A DNA stretch of 64,000 nt, from positions 32,001 to 96,000 of the IMG/VR virus record IMGVR_UViG_3300031998_000011. One strand, given 5' to 3'. Shown in pieces: positions 1 to 9,142 of the stretch. The notes under the pieces are model-generated. The model was not told the DNA's origin, ran no database searches, and saw only the letters and a list, made by a program, of their open reading frames with translations. A program made the position numbers and the translations under genes. Every line of letters starts with the position of its first letter. Position 1 is the stretch's first letter. The DNA is from a virus. Taxonomy: Duplodnaviria; Caudoviricetes.

Positions 1-249
1 GCCGAAAAACATTACGGCAAGGAATGCTGGTCTTGTCCGGCCGGGCGTGACGACTGCGCTCAGACGAAAACCATCGTGTGCGAAGATTGCGAGCACATGG
101 CCGAAATCCGCAAACAATCACTCGGTAACAGTAGCGGAGTGTGGCAGTGTCCTGCAGGACGCCAAACATGTGAGATGAACAACTGCAACAGTTGCGACCA
201 TCTTGCATATCTCTTGCAGTCAGAATCTGAAAATGACGGTGCAAAATGA
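1..249 (+). CDS. 5'-truncated Cys-rich hypothetical protein
   Basis: Frame 1 is open from the window start to TGA 247-249, with repeated CxxC/CPAGR motifs. The stop overlaps the next ATG (ATGA). Confidence 0.6.
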   Translation, partial: AEKHYGKECWSCPAGRDDCAQTKTIVCEDCEHMAEIRKQSLGNSSGVWQCPAGRQTCEMNNCNSCDHLAYLLQSESENDGAK

Positions 250-695
250 ACAAAGAGACAGCTGAATACGTTTCGGAGCTGATCAGGAACACGATCAAGT
301 ACCTGCATCAGCAGGAGGTTGTGCTTCTGCAGCTCGCCTCGCAGATCGAAGTGGACCACGGAATCGAACGTCCGGGGCAGTCACCTACGGTATATCCGCA
401 TGATGAGACAGAGGATCTCTATAAACCGGATCCTGCAAATCCTGAGAAGTCGGTTATTGAGACCTTCTGCGAGAAGCATGGAATCAAGCTGACTGATAGT
501 GAGAAAACCATGTTTGTAGGTACACCGAAAGGCGAGAACCTGTTCACCAAGATGTTCAACGAAGGTACACAGACAGCCGGAGGAATAGCTACTGATAATC
601 AGGAATCCAAGTCTGAAGGAAGCGATTACCAGTATGCTTTTCCTTGGGGTAGACGCAAGAAACCGGAATCTACGGACGGAGACAACAATGCCTGA
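246..695 (+). CDS. hypothetical protein
   Basis: 149-aa ORF, ATGA-coupled, phage-like codon use. Confidence 0.7.
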   Translation: MNKETAEYVSELIRNTIKYLHQQEVVLLQLASQIEVDHGIERPGQSPTVYPHDETEDLYKPDPANPEKSVIETFCEKHGIKLTDSEKTMFVGTPKGENLFTKMFNEGTQTAGGIATDNQESKSEGSDYQYAFPWGRRKKPESTDGDNNA

Positions 696-995
696 AAAAC
701 AGAGAACCCTCACACTGCGCATTAACGGCCATAAGACGAAGGTTGGCATAGAACCCATAAATGTAGCCGTTGTCGGCTCTACCTGCGACGAGAAGGCCGT
801 TTCTGGAGAACAGAAAGGATCCTGTGATGGATCAGAAGAAGAAAATCTTGCTAGACATCTTGGAACCAATGCTGTTCAATGATCTGATAGATTCCTTCGT
901 AGACGACGGTATAATGTCGCCTACAGAAGGTATTCTGCGGAAGATCAAGTACATGGAAGACCGGAAACATGAGCATGCACAGGAAGGATCCTGCG

Positions 996-1487
996 ATGGA
1001 CGAGATGCTGACGGCAGCTGAGGACTACGCCAGGAATATCCGCAAATTCGGAAAACCGAACCTTACGTTCAACAAACTGCTCTATGCGTGGCACAAGTCG
1101 ATGAATACTCCACAAACAGATTCGGAGAAACCGGATCTCCTGAAAGCGGTGACGGCAGCGGGCCATGCCATTTTCAAGATGGCACGTGCGCAGGACAACA
1201 TCCTGGAAGAGAGGCTTCGCATAAAAGTCAACGAATGCTATGACCCGTTCGGTCGTCCAGCGATGCAGCAGGAGAACATGAATCGCCTCCGCAGCTACAT
1301 TGAAGACCTTACACAGGCATGCAAGCAACTCGGCAAGGATCAGCTGGAAATACAACGGATGATCAAGGAAATGATCCCGGAGTATGACCAGTGGTTGAAG
1401 CCTGATGATATGGTTGCCGCCGAGGCCATGAAGATCGCCAGACAGCTTGGTCTGGACGGTCTCTTAACAGAAAGGAAACCTGAATGA
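996..1487 (+). CDS. hypothetical helical protein
   Basis: ORF 969..1487. Start placed at ATG 996 behind AAGGA. Confidence 0.65.
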   Translation: MDEMLTAAEDYARNIRKFGKPNLTFNKLLYAWHKSMNTPQTDSEKPDLLKAVTAAGHAIFKMARAQDNILEERLRIKVNECYDPFGRPAMQQENMNRLRSYIEDLTQACKQLGKDQLEIQRMIKEMIPEYDQWLKPDDMVAAEAMKIARQLGLDGLLTERKPE

Positions 1488-2002
1488 AAGCGAAATACTG
1501 GCTCGTAATCGTGACGCACTACCCACACGGTCACGATAAGTACCAGGACATCCGTAAGCGCGGACATGCGCAGTACAGCCGAATCATACGTGAGCAGCTG
1601 CTCGGAGACCACACACCAGTGGCAGTCACATCAAGTCAGCAGGGTATGCAAATGCTGTTCGCCGTGAAGCCGGAAGATCCAGACTATGGCGGACACAAGC
1701 GTGCTGATTCCTGCATGGATCTGATGTCGAAGATGCTGCTCGAAGCGTATGGAAACATCATGGAAGTCGAGATCTGGGGCTATAGCGCGGAACCTTCTGT
1801 AAGTGGCTCCTGCTGCCTGTGGTACTACCAGTGGGATGACATGGAAGGCGGTCATCTCATGACACTGCCGGTGGAGCTGCAGACACGCATCGTGCGCCGT
1901 GGCGGTATGTGTTCCGGCTACGTCAGCAGAACGGTACTCGACTGGTTCGCTGAGAATCCTGGGGAAGTAATCGGTTCCTGGGATTGGAAATGCGAAGACT
2001 GA
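1484..2002 (+). CDS. hypothetical protein
   Basis: 172 aa, SD GAAAGGA, ATGA overlap. Confidence 0.7.
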   Translation: MKAKYWLVIVTHYPHGHDKYQDIRKRGHAQYSRIIREQLLGDHTPVAVTSSQQGMQMLFAVKPEDPDYGGHKRADSCMDLMSKMLLEAYGNIMEVEIWGYSAEPSVSGSCCLWYYQWDDMEGGHLMTLPVELQTRIVRRGGMCSGYVSRTVLDWFAENPGEVIGSWDWKCED

Positions 2003-2015
2003 AAGGAGAACAAAC

Positions 2016-2369
2016 ATGACTGATAAAATGCGAGACGAATTGCTGCTCGCTATGGCAAGCGGTGTCGAGTCTCTTCTTGGAAAGTGCTCCGACGCATTCG
2101 CCAAAGAGTCCGACCAGCTTCTTCTGGAGGCGATCTATAAAGCCAGCAGAGAACAAGTGGAAAGCACAGTGCGCACGAATCACTGCAGATGCCCCGAATG
2201 CGGGAGCACGAACGTCGATTACGACTCCGCAATCTACGATCATGATGAAGGATGCTGCATGCTCTTCACATGCCAGGATTGTGGAGCTGAAGTGAAGGAG
2301 GTCTACAAAACGACCTACCTGAGAAGCGAGGTCTACGGACACACAAAGGAGAACAAACATGGGACTTGA
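2016..2369 (+). CDS. Zn-ribbon protein (paralogous family)
   Basis: SD AAAGGAG. CPECGS...CQDCGAEVKEVY. Confidence 0.75.
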   Translation: MTDKMRDELLLAMASGVESLLGKCSDAFAKESDQLLLEAIYKASREQVESTVRTNHCRCPECGSTNVDYDSAIYDHDEGCCMLFTCQDCGAEVKEVYKTTYLRSEVYGHTKENKHGT

Positions 2370-3006
2370 TGTATACGTCCATGAATATCTGGAAATTCCG
2401 GATGAAATCAAAACACAAGATAAACTGGATAAGTTCTGTGATGAGCACGGCGGGGGTTGGTGTTTCTACAGTGAGAATCACAAGAACTTTCCTAAGAAGT
2501 ACGTCAGGAAGATCCCAATCGAACTGATCGACTGGGATGCCTCGTTCAAGAAACGCGGTCTGAATTTCGAAGACTACGAGGAATCCTACTCCGCCATTGG
2601 CCGCTGGTATGAGTTCCGGAAGAAAGCACCGGAGCGCTCTGAGGAAGAGGACGCGACAATCAGCCTTTCCCAGATCCTTGACGAGGATAAAGGTCCTGAT
2701 CCGAATGACACGACCCGTGTCAGACTCAACAACGACGAGCTCGTCGGTAAGATCGAGGACGTCGAGGTCTGGGCATATGGGAGAGAAGTCGGATACCAGC
2801 GCAAGGGAGCCAATGCGCAGTTCTACAACGACGGCAAGTGGGACGACAACACGATTGTCTCCACGAAGGAAATGCTGTTGGAGGACTGGAAGAAATATTT
2901 CTCTGATCCGGATGACTCATATTACGGCAAGGATGCCGAGAGTCACTTCAAAGAGAACATCATCGACAACTTCGAAGAAGGCAAGACCTTCGTGTGGTAC
3001 TGCTGA
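2359..3006 (+). CDS. hypothetical 'MGLD' protein, paralogue of 57625..58191
   Basis: SD AAAGGAG. Shares GYQRKGANAxFYxDG, KYFSDP and FxEGxTFV with 57625..58191. Confidence 0.8.
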   Translation: MGLDVYVHEYLEIPDEIKTQDKLDKFCDEHGGGWCFYSENHKNFPKKYVRKIPIELIDWDASFKKRGLNFEDYEESYSAIGRWYEFRKKAPERSEEEDATISLSQILDEDKGPDPNDTTRVRLNNDELVGKIEDVEVWAYGREVGYQRKGANAQFYNDGKWDDNTIVSTKEMLLEDWKKYFSDPDDSYYGKDAESHFKENIIDNFEEGKTFVWYC

Positions 3007-3017
3007 CAGGAGGACAA

Positions 3018-3320
3018 ATGAGCAACCCCGCATGGCACAAGGGCGACAAAGCCTTCATCGTCATACCCAAGCCTGACAGAGTCACCAAGCATATTCTGCG
3101 TGAAGTCACGCTGGGTGAGGAATGGGCCCCAGGGGCTTGGCGTGTGCGCTGGAAAGACACCTACGAAGATGGCGAACCAGCGGATATGGAGGTCGTCGTC
3201 GATGAGAAGTGGCTGTTCAAAGCCGAGGATAAAGGAATGGGCAAGGCAGTCGGGTGCTACCTGGTCAATCTCATACAGGAGTACAAAGACTGGCAACAAA
3301 CACAAAGCAAGGAGACATAA
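3018..3320 (+). CDS. SH3/KOW-like small protein
   Basis: SD AGGAGG. WHKGDKAFIV beta-barrel-like start. Confidence 0.55.
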   Translation: MSNPAWHKGDKAFIVIPKPDRVTKHILREVTLGEEWAPGAWRVRWKDTYEDGEPADMEVVVDEKWLFKAEDKGMGKAVGCYLVNLIQEYKDWQQTQSKET

Positions 3321-4117
3321 TGCCTACCTATAAATGCACAGGCTGTGAGATCGGGGCCTGTACCGTCACGATTCCGCTGGAGAGCAGGAGACCGGCGGAG
3401 TTCATCAGAGACTTCGTGTGCCCGGTCTTCGGTCATGAAACCGAGTGCGCGAACATGGAACTGGAGAACGCCGAGGAGTTCGGTCTGTGGCCGGACGGCA
3501 CGGAGATGGACAAGGAACAGGAAACCGGCCGCACCGAGTTCATGAACAACAGCCAGGTCATCAACAGGCTGGACTTGTGGATTCGCGTGGCCAAGTCATA
3601 CGTTTCGGACTTCGAAGCCAGTGTCAAAGACCGTGTAAAGAAGGCGTTCAACGACGCATCATGGCTCTACAGCCTCAACGACAATGCAGCCAATGAAGTC
3701 GGCGCCTCGTATACGACGGTCCACATGTGGATCTACGGGAACATGTACTATGGCAGTGTCAGGAACTTGCTGAACGACTTCACGTCCAACTACAAGATCC
3801 ACGACATCAACGGCGCAGGTTACATGTGCTTCTGGCCGGAGTACTACGACGACGATGACCCGGACGTCATTCCGGACAACGACCGCGAGCCTGTCCAGAT
3901 GAAGATGCTGGACATCAGCACGGACGAGATTCTGGAGAACCGGATCATCCTGTCTGTCAACAAACTGAACTACAGCGTGTTCGAGTACGTGAAGAACGGC
4001 TACACGGACTACAACGACGCGCAGAACGCAGCAGACGCCCTGTCAGGCGTTATGCTGGACATGACTATCCAGGCGCCGGTCAGAGGCAGAGTGCAGCTGA
4101 CCAGCAAAGCACACTGA
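3320..4117 (+). CDS. hypothetical protein with N-terminal Cys motif
   Basis: TAATG coupling, SD AAGGAG, CTGC...C..CP. Confidence 0.7.
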   Translation: MPTYKCTGCEIGACTVTIPLESRRPAEFIRDFVCPVFGHETECANMELENAEEFGLWPDGTEMDKEQETGRTEFMNNSQVINRLDLWIRVAKSYVSDFEASVKDRVKKAFNDASWLYSLNDNAANEVGASYTTVHMWIYGNMYYGSVRNLLNDFTSNYKIHDINGAGYMCFWPEYYDDDDPDVIPDNDREPVQMKMLDISTDEILENRIILSVNKLNYSVFEYVKNGYTDYNDAQNAADALSGVMLDMTIQAPVRGRVQLTSKAH

Positions 4118-4129
4118 GGAGGACTGATC

Positions 4130-4354
4130 ATGGGAGCAGAAGAGCGTCATAATCGTCGTTACGACGTATACAGAATGCTTAGCAAAGATCGCATCAGTGG
4201 ACAAATGGCAGGTGTGAACGAGGGCAAGATGGAGATAGAATATCTCAACAGAGAAAGAAAAGAGAACCATGTGCGGGTCAAGCCGAGGTTGAAGGTCTCT
4301 GCAACAGGCGGCTTCGATTTGTCAGCACGCAACAAAAAGAAACGAACAAAATGA
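4130..4354 (+). CDS. small basic hypothetical protein
   Basis: SD GAGGAGG, 74 aa. Confidence 0.6.
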   Translation: MGAEERHNRRYDVYRMLSKDRISGQMAGVNEGKMEIEYLNRERKENHVRVKPRLKVSATGGFDLSARNKKKRTK

Positions 4355-4734
4355 CTATGCCAAGAATCAGGGAACTTTGTCCCGGTGAACTGAACGACTT
4401 CCTGGTTGAGCTGGTACGGAAGGAACTGCGTAATATCCCTCCGGATTTCCACTGCAGACGCAGGGAGCTATGCGAGGCTTTTCTGACATGCAACCAGGAG
4501 ACTGGTAACAGGATCCGCATGAAAGAAGGCATGAAGAGCATCCTGCTGCAGTGGAAGCAGCGACAGGACCAGGTAGACGGACTCGAACGTCTTGGGTTCC
4601 GGATGACCAAGGGAAAGACCCACTGGAAGATCCGGATCCCGGAATCAAACTATTTTGCGGCACTGGCCGCTACACCTGGAGATCGTAGAAGCGGCGTGAA
4701 TGCAGCTGCAAACGCGGTCTCCGTTTTCTTCTAA
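4351..4734 (+). CDS. HicA-like (dsRBD-fold) domain protein
   Basis: C-terminal LERLGF...GKTHWKI...TPGDRR pattern resembles HicA-family mRNA interferases. Confidence 0.45.
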   Translation: MTMPRIRELCPGELNDFLVELVRKELRNIPPDFHCRRRELCEAFLTCNQETGNRIRMKEGMKSILLQWKQRQDQVDGLERLGFRMTKGKTHWKIRIPESNYFAALAATPGDRRSGVNAAANAVSVFF

Positions 4735-4755
4735 CCAAATGAAAGGAGCCATAAA

Positions 4756-5505
4756 ATGGCAGACAACAAAAACAACACATTCGACATCGGACAGGAAGTC
4801 TGGTTCATCTGCAAAGACGACATGGAGATCCTGCGTACCACTGACGGTGACGCGCCACGCTTTGACCACAGCAGCCCCAATGTGCTGCATCGTGGTCATG
4901 TCGAGCGCATGGAGAACGACGACGTCGTGGTCACGCTGGAAACCTACATGAACGAACCTGTCGGTCGCAAGGAGTCCCGCCAGAGAGGCTGTGGTGTGAA
5001 GCGTATCTACTGCAAGCAGAGCGATGTGTTCTGCACGCCTGAATCTGCAATCGCCGCCTTCACCAGCAAGACTGAAGGCGATCTCATGAGACAGCTTGCG
5101 TGGTTCAAAAACACAGACACTGAGAAGAAGGCCATGAATATTGGCGATATTGTCTGGTGGGTGTGCGATGGGGATGTGGATAACGGCAAGGGCGGATCAA
5201 TGACCGCTGACTATGTCCTCTACCGTGGTACTGTCCTGGAAATCAAGGATGGGATGGTGACGACATCTACAGAACTGCACGCCATGCCTTCCAAGGACGA
5301 CATCCAGTGGCATAGGGAGCACCCCGAAGAACTGGATGAGGTCGAAGGCACCATTGAATCCTGTCACCATACCCCGGAGGAAGCTATAGCTGAAGCCAAC
5401 GAGGTGGCACATGAGACACTGAGGAAGCAGCTGGCTATCTACCAGGCAAGAGACCGTAACGCAAACGCTGTAAAAGCCGCAGGATGCCTTGGAGGGTCAT
5501 TCTGA
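4756..5505 (+). CDS. protein with two tandem SH3/KOW-like domains
   Basis: Internal duplication: IGQEVWFIC..VLHRGHV..TPESAIA and IGDIVWWVC..VLYRGTV..TPEEAIA. Confidence 0.7.
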   Translation: MADNKNNTFDIGQEVWFICKDDMEILRTTDGDAPRFDHSSPNVLHRGHVERMENDDVVVTLETYMNEPVGRKESRQRGCGVKRIYCKQSDVFCTPESAIAAFTSKTEGDLMRQLAWFKNTDTEKKAMNIGDIVWWVCDGDVDNGKGGSMTADYVLYRGTVLEIKDGMVTTSTELHAMPSKDDIQWHREHPEELDEVEGTIESCHHTPEEAIAEANEVAHETLRKQLAIYQARDRNANAVKAAGCLGGSF

Positions 5506-5958
5506 GCCGCGTCAGCACCAAAGACGTCCGTCGTACTGGGTAGCACGTTATCCTGGTCTCAAATCGTCTGGAAACAGATTTGACGAACTCGCTTTAATAT
5601 TATAGACGTGCCCGCGCGTATGCACCCGCGTGCGCCTGCTCAGTTCATGTCGAGTTACGTAAATAACATTATCATGCAACCTCCCACTGGGCTCACTGCG
5701 TTCGCCCACCATAGTATACGTGTGTACGCGCATGTGATATATAAGTAACTATAAATAGTTCCTTATATACCACCTGTGGTACTCCCGCATGCTATTGTGG
5801 GAACCCTGTGGCCCTCTGGGCCGGTTGTATGATGTTATTATTCCGTAACTCACGCCTTTTCGAAATCAAAGATTTCTCAAGGCGAAATCCGGTCATTCAG
5901 AAAATCAACTTGAAGTTCAAAATTCAACCCAGAAGAAAGGAGCGAAAGCGACTCACAG
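5506..5958. other. palindrome-rich non-coding region (candidate origin of replication or structured RNA)
   Basis: Largest gap in the window. Hairpins at 5559-5583, 5738-5769 (AT-rich), 5853-5884 and others. Sits directly upstream of the replication cluster. Confidence 0.45.
5905..5923 (+). promoter_or_regulatory. dyad motif TCAACTTGAAGTTCAAAAT, copy 1
   Basis: Identical 19-mer at 51642-51660 and an 18-nt reverse-complement copy at 59950-59967. The core AACTT-N-AAGTT is palindromic. Confidence 0.6.
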
Positions 5959-7140
5959 ATGAACCATTCGTATCCAGAAAACAAATTATTGTTCCTTGCA
6001 GATTTCCATGTGAAGGCAAGGACGTGGACCAACAACACCCAGGTAAGGGGTGATGCCTACCAGGCTATGCAGGTCATTGGAGACTATGCAGAGACCAATG
6101 GAATCAGCACACTCCTGATCGGGGGTGACTTCTTCGATTCTAACAGGCCGACTCCGGATGATCTTGTCCAGACTGTGGATTTCCTGACCAGGTTCAAACA
6201 AGTCTACTACATCAGAGGGAACCACGACAGCTGTGATCCGTCCTATCTGGAAGCAGTATCCAGGATACTTGGGAAAGACCAGTTTGTGACCCAGCTGATG
6301 GGGCACATCATACATCTGCCGGGTGTTCATGCAGGAAAAGGCGTGTGTCTGACCGGGATCCCATGGATGCCCAACAAGGAGGAGTACAGGAAAGCCGTGT
6401 TCGACACCATCCGGTACTTCAACGAGAACTACGACAAGAAACACCGGCTGTACCTGATGCTGCACACCAGCTTCAAGGAACTGCTGTCCTTCGACGGCGC
6501 CTACACGTTCGAGCGCCGTGACTTCAGTGAACTGTGTCCGAATCACAACATCCATCTGCTTGTCGGAGACGTTCATGTGCGTGAACTGGCGCAGACGCTG
6601 TTCATGAAAGAGACACAGTCCGTCGGTCTGCTGACTTTCCACAGTCCAGGCTCGGTCTATCCGTTGCAGTTCAACGATTCCGACCAGTTCCACGGTTGTA
6701 CCGTGATCGACATGGGGCAGCAGGGCAAGGAGCAGTTCCAGCCGCTGCCTGTCAGCGTCCGGCAGTACGTCAGCCACAGGTACACAAGCCAGGCGGACCT
6801 TGAGGACTTCCTGAAGGACCTGGAGGTGACGCCGAGGGAGCCGACGCAGACGTTGCCGACTTACGTCAGGGTACTGGTGCCTGCCGACAAGGAGATGCCG
6901 CATATCTCGACGACGGACTGGCCGGACTTCGTGATCCAGGTGCAGCTGGAAACAACGGCACTGGAGGAGACGGCAGCACGTACTGCTCTGGAAGGCTACA
7001 CACTGGAGCAGGCGATTGCCGACGAGTTCGAGGATCCGGACGTCGCCGAGATTGCCAACAAACTGGTGTCCTCGCCGGATCCTGCGGAAGAACTACGGGA
7101 GTGCATGGACTTTTGGAAAGTGGAAAGGAGTGCATGGTAA
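5959..7140 (+). CDS. sbcD: SbcD/Mre11-like metallophosphoesterase nuclease
   Basis: FLADFH, GGDFFD, RGNHD, MLH and GDVH motifs. Adjacent to SbcC. Confidence 0.9.
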   Translation: MNHSYPENKLLFLADFHVKARTWTNNTQVRGDAYQAMQVIGDYAETNGISTLLIGGDFFDSNRPTPDDLVQTVDFLTRFKQVYYIRGNHDSCDPSYLEAVSRILGKDQFVTQLMGHIIHLPGVHAGKGVCLTGIPWMPNKEEYRKAVFDTIRYFNENYDKKHRLYLMLHTSFKELLSFDGAYTFERRDFSELCPNHNIHLLVGDVHVRELAQTLFMKETQSVGLLTFHSPGSVYPLQFNDSDQFHGCTVIDMGQQGKEQFQPLPVSVRQYVSHRYTSQADLEDFLKDLEVTPREPTQTLPTYVRVLVPADKEMPHISTTDWPDFVIQVQLETTALEETAARTALEGYTLEQAIADEFEDPDVAEIANKLVSSPDPAEELRECMDFWKVERSAW

Positions 7141-7141
7141 C

Positions 7142-9142
7142 ATGCTGATACTGAAAAAGATACATATGGAGAACATATGTCAGTTCTCCAGCCAGGACAT
7201 CGAGTTCGACACGGGTCTGTCCGCTGTCTGCGGCCGGAACGGTTCGGGGAAGAGCACACTGCTCAGAGCACTCGCATACGGTCTGACCGGCATGGTGGAC
7301 GGCATCTGGGGAACCCAGAAGGATCTCCAGAAGGACGGCGCGACTACACCTGGCTATGTGGAAGTCACGCTGATCGGTACAGGCGGTACCACCGTCACGG
7401 TGCGCAGGTATGCGGCGTCCACAACCAGCAAGAGCATGCCGGACAAGCTGATCATCACGAAGGAAGACGGTACCACGGAGGAAGTCCTGCGCAGGAGTTC
7501 CGTGGACAGCTGTCTGTCAGCCATGTACGGGATACCGTGCCGTCTGCTGTTCCAGGTATTCTGGCTCAGGCAGTCGCAGATCGACATGCTGCTGACTGCG
7601 CCGGCCGCCATCGTGAACGCATTTTTGCAGGACGTATTCGACATGCGTAACCTGGAGACGGTGCGTGACAAGCTCAAGGGAGCCATTGACACAATTGCCA
7701 CAGGACTGCAGGGTACGGAGGACGAAATCAAGTCGATGGAGCAGGAGTTGTCGGAACTGGCCGATGATGAGTACATCGACAACGGTCTGAAGTATGTCGA
7801 GGAACAGCTCGCGGCCAGTAACCAGGAGCGCGAGGACTTCATCAAGAAGTACGGCGACCTGTCGGATCTTGACAAAGTCGAGAAGCGCTGCGTTGTTCTT
7901 CGTACGGACTGCTTCAAGTACAGCAAGATGCTGCAGGATGCGAAGCATGTGCTGGAATCCTTCGGTGAGCCTCCGCCGGCGCCGGAAACAACATCCACCA
8001 GGCAGGAGATGCTGGATGGTATCGCCCACGCGGAGGAAAAGATCCGCAGGGAGCACCAGAACCAGTATACGTTGGAAGCTGCACTCAAGACGTCCGAAAA
8101 TTCCATGAAGAATTGGAAGGCACGCATTGAAGATGTACATCAGAAAGTGCAGTGTCCGGACAAGTGCGAACTCTGCGGAGGCGAGATCCAAGACCAGGAT
8201 GCTTATGTGTCACATCAGTGTATGATGTTGACCGGCTGTGAGTCTCTGGCGCTCTTTGATGAGAAGGCGGATGCAGAGATCACATATCTCGAAAAGGAAA
8301 TCGAGCGCGACCACAATGCACTCGTGGAGTCTCATGAGAACACGAAGCTGCTGGAGAACTCCATGCACCTGCTTCAGACTGAAGTGAAACGCTTGGATGA
8401 CTACAAGCTCTATCGTGAGAAGCTCACCATAAAGGCTACTTGCGAAGAAATGCTTGCCAAGATCAATCCTGAGCTGAACAAGCTGGAACACCTGCTTGAC
8501 AAGTCTGACGAGATCCGTGAGGCGAAGCGTAACCTCGACGAGGCATCTGCTCAGCTACGGGAGACGGCTGACAAAGTCAAAGCAGAGGCAGCCAGAATCA
8601 GAGAGCGTCGCAGAATCCTCACAGAGGACCTTGAGAAGGCACGTAAGCGCCTGGACCAGGAGCAGGTAAACAAAGAGGCTCGCAGAGTGCTGAAAGAGCT
8701 GCGTGACGGTCTGTCTGCAAATCGTGTGCAGGCCAGGTATCTCGCGTCGAAGATCGCGGAGATCAATCGTGGTCTGGAGCACTTCATGCAGTTCACAGGA
8801 ATGCCGTTCTCGCTTTATCTGCGCGAAGACACTCACACATTCGCTTTCAGCACGCCGGACGGATTCGAGCATCCTACGATGCACCTGTCCGGTGCCCAAA
8901 AGAATATGTCTGCGGTTGCCCTTCAGATGGCGCTGTTCAATGTCATCAATCCGCAGATCAATCTGTTCCTGATCGACGAGCCTTCCGAGGCGCTGGACGA
9001 CGGGAACAAAGTCGTTATGGCGGAGATGTTCCGCCGTATGAACAATATGCTCAACGCCATGCACGGAACGATGCTGATCGTCAGCCGTGACGAGAAGATG
9101 GTGGAGAGCTGTGAAACAATCATAACCGTAGGTGCCCAATGA
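7142..9142 (+). CDS. sbcC: SbcC/Rad50-like ABC ATPase
   Basis: Walker A GRNGSGKS, coiled coils, CELC Zn hook, LSGAQ signature, FLIDEP. Start reassigned to ATG 7142. Confidence 0.92.
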   Translation: MLILKKIHMENICQFSSQDIEFDTGLSAVCGRNGSGKSTLLRALAYGLTGMVDGIWGTQKDLQKDGATTPGYVEVTLIGTGGTTVTVRRYAASTTSKSMPDKLIITKEDGTTEEVLRRSSVDSCLSAMYGIPCRLLFQVFWLRQSQIDMLLTAPAAIVNAFLQDVFDMRNLETVRDKLKGAIDTIATGLQGTEDEIKSMEQELSELADDEYIDNGLKYVEEQLAASNQEREDFIKKYGDLSDLDKVEKRCVVLRTDCFKYSKMLQDAKHVLESFGEPPPAPETTSTRQEMLDGIAHAEEKIRREHQNQYTLEAALKTSENSMKNWKARIEDVHQKVQCPDKCELCGGEIQDQDAYVSHQCMMLTGCESLALFDEKADAEITYLEKEIERDHNALVESHENTKLLENSMHLLQTEVKRLDDYKLYREKLTIKATCEEMLAKINPELNKLEHLLDKSDEIREAKRNLDEASAQLRETADKVKAEAARIRERRRILTEDLEKARKRLDQEQVNKEARRVLKELRDGLSANRVQARYLASKIAEINRGLEHFMQFTGMPFSLYLREDTHTFAFSTPDGFEHPTMHLSGAQKNMSAVALQMALFNVINPQINLFLIDEPSEALDDGNKVVMAEMFRRMNNMLNAMHGTMLIVSRDEKMVESCETIITVGAQ

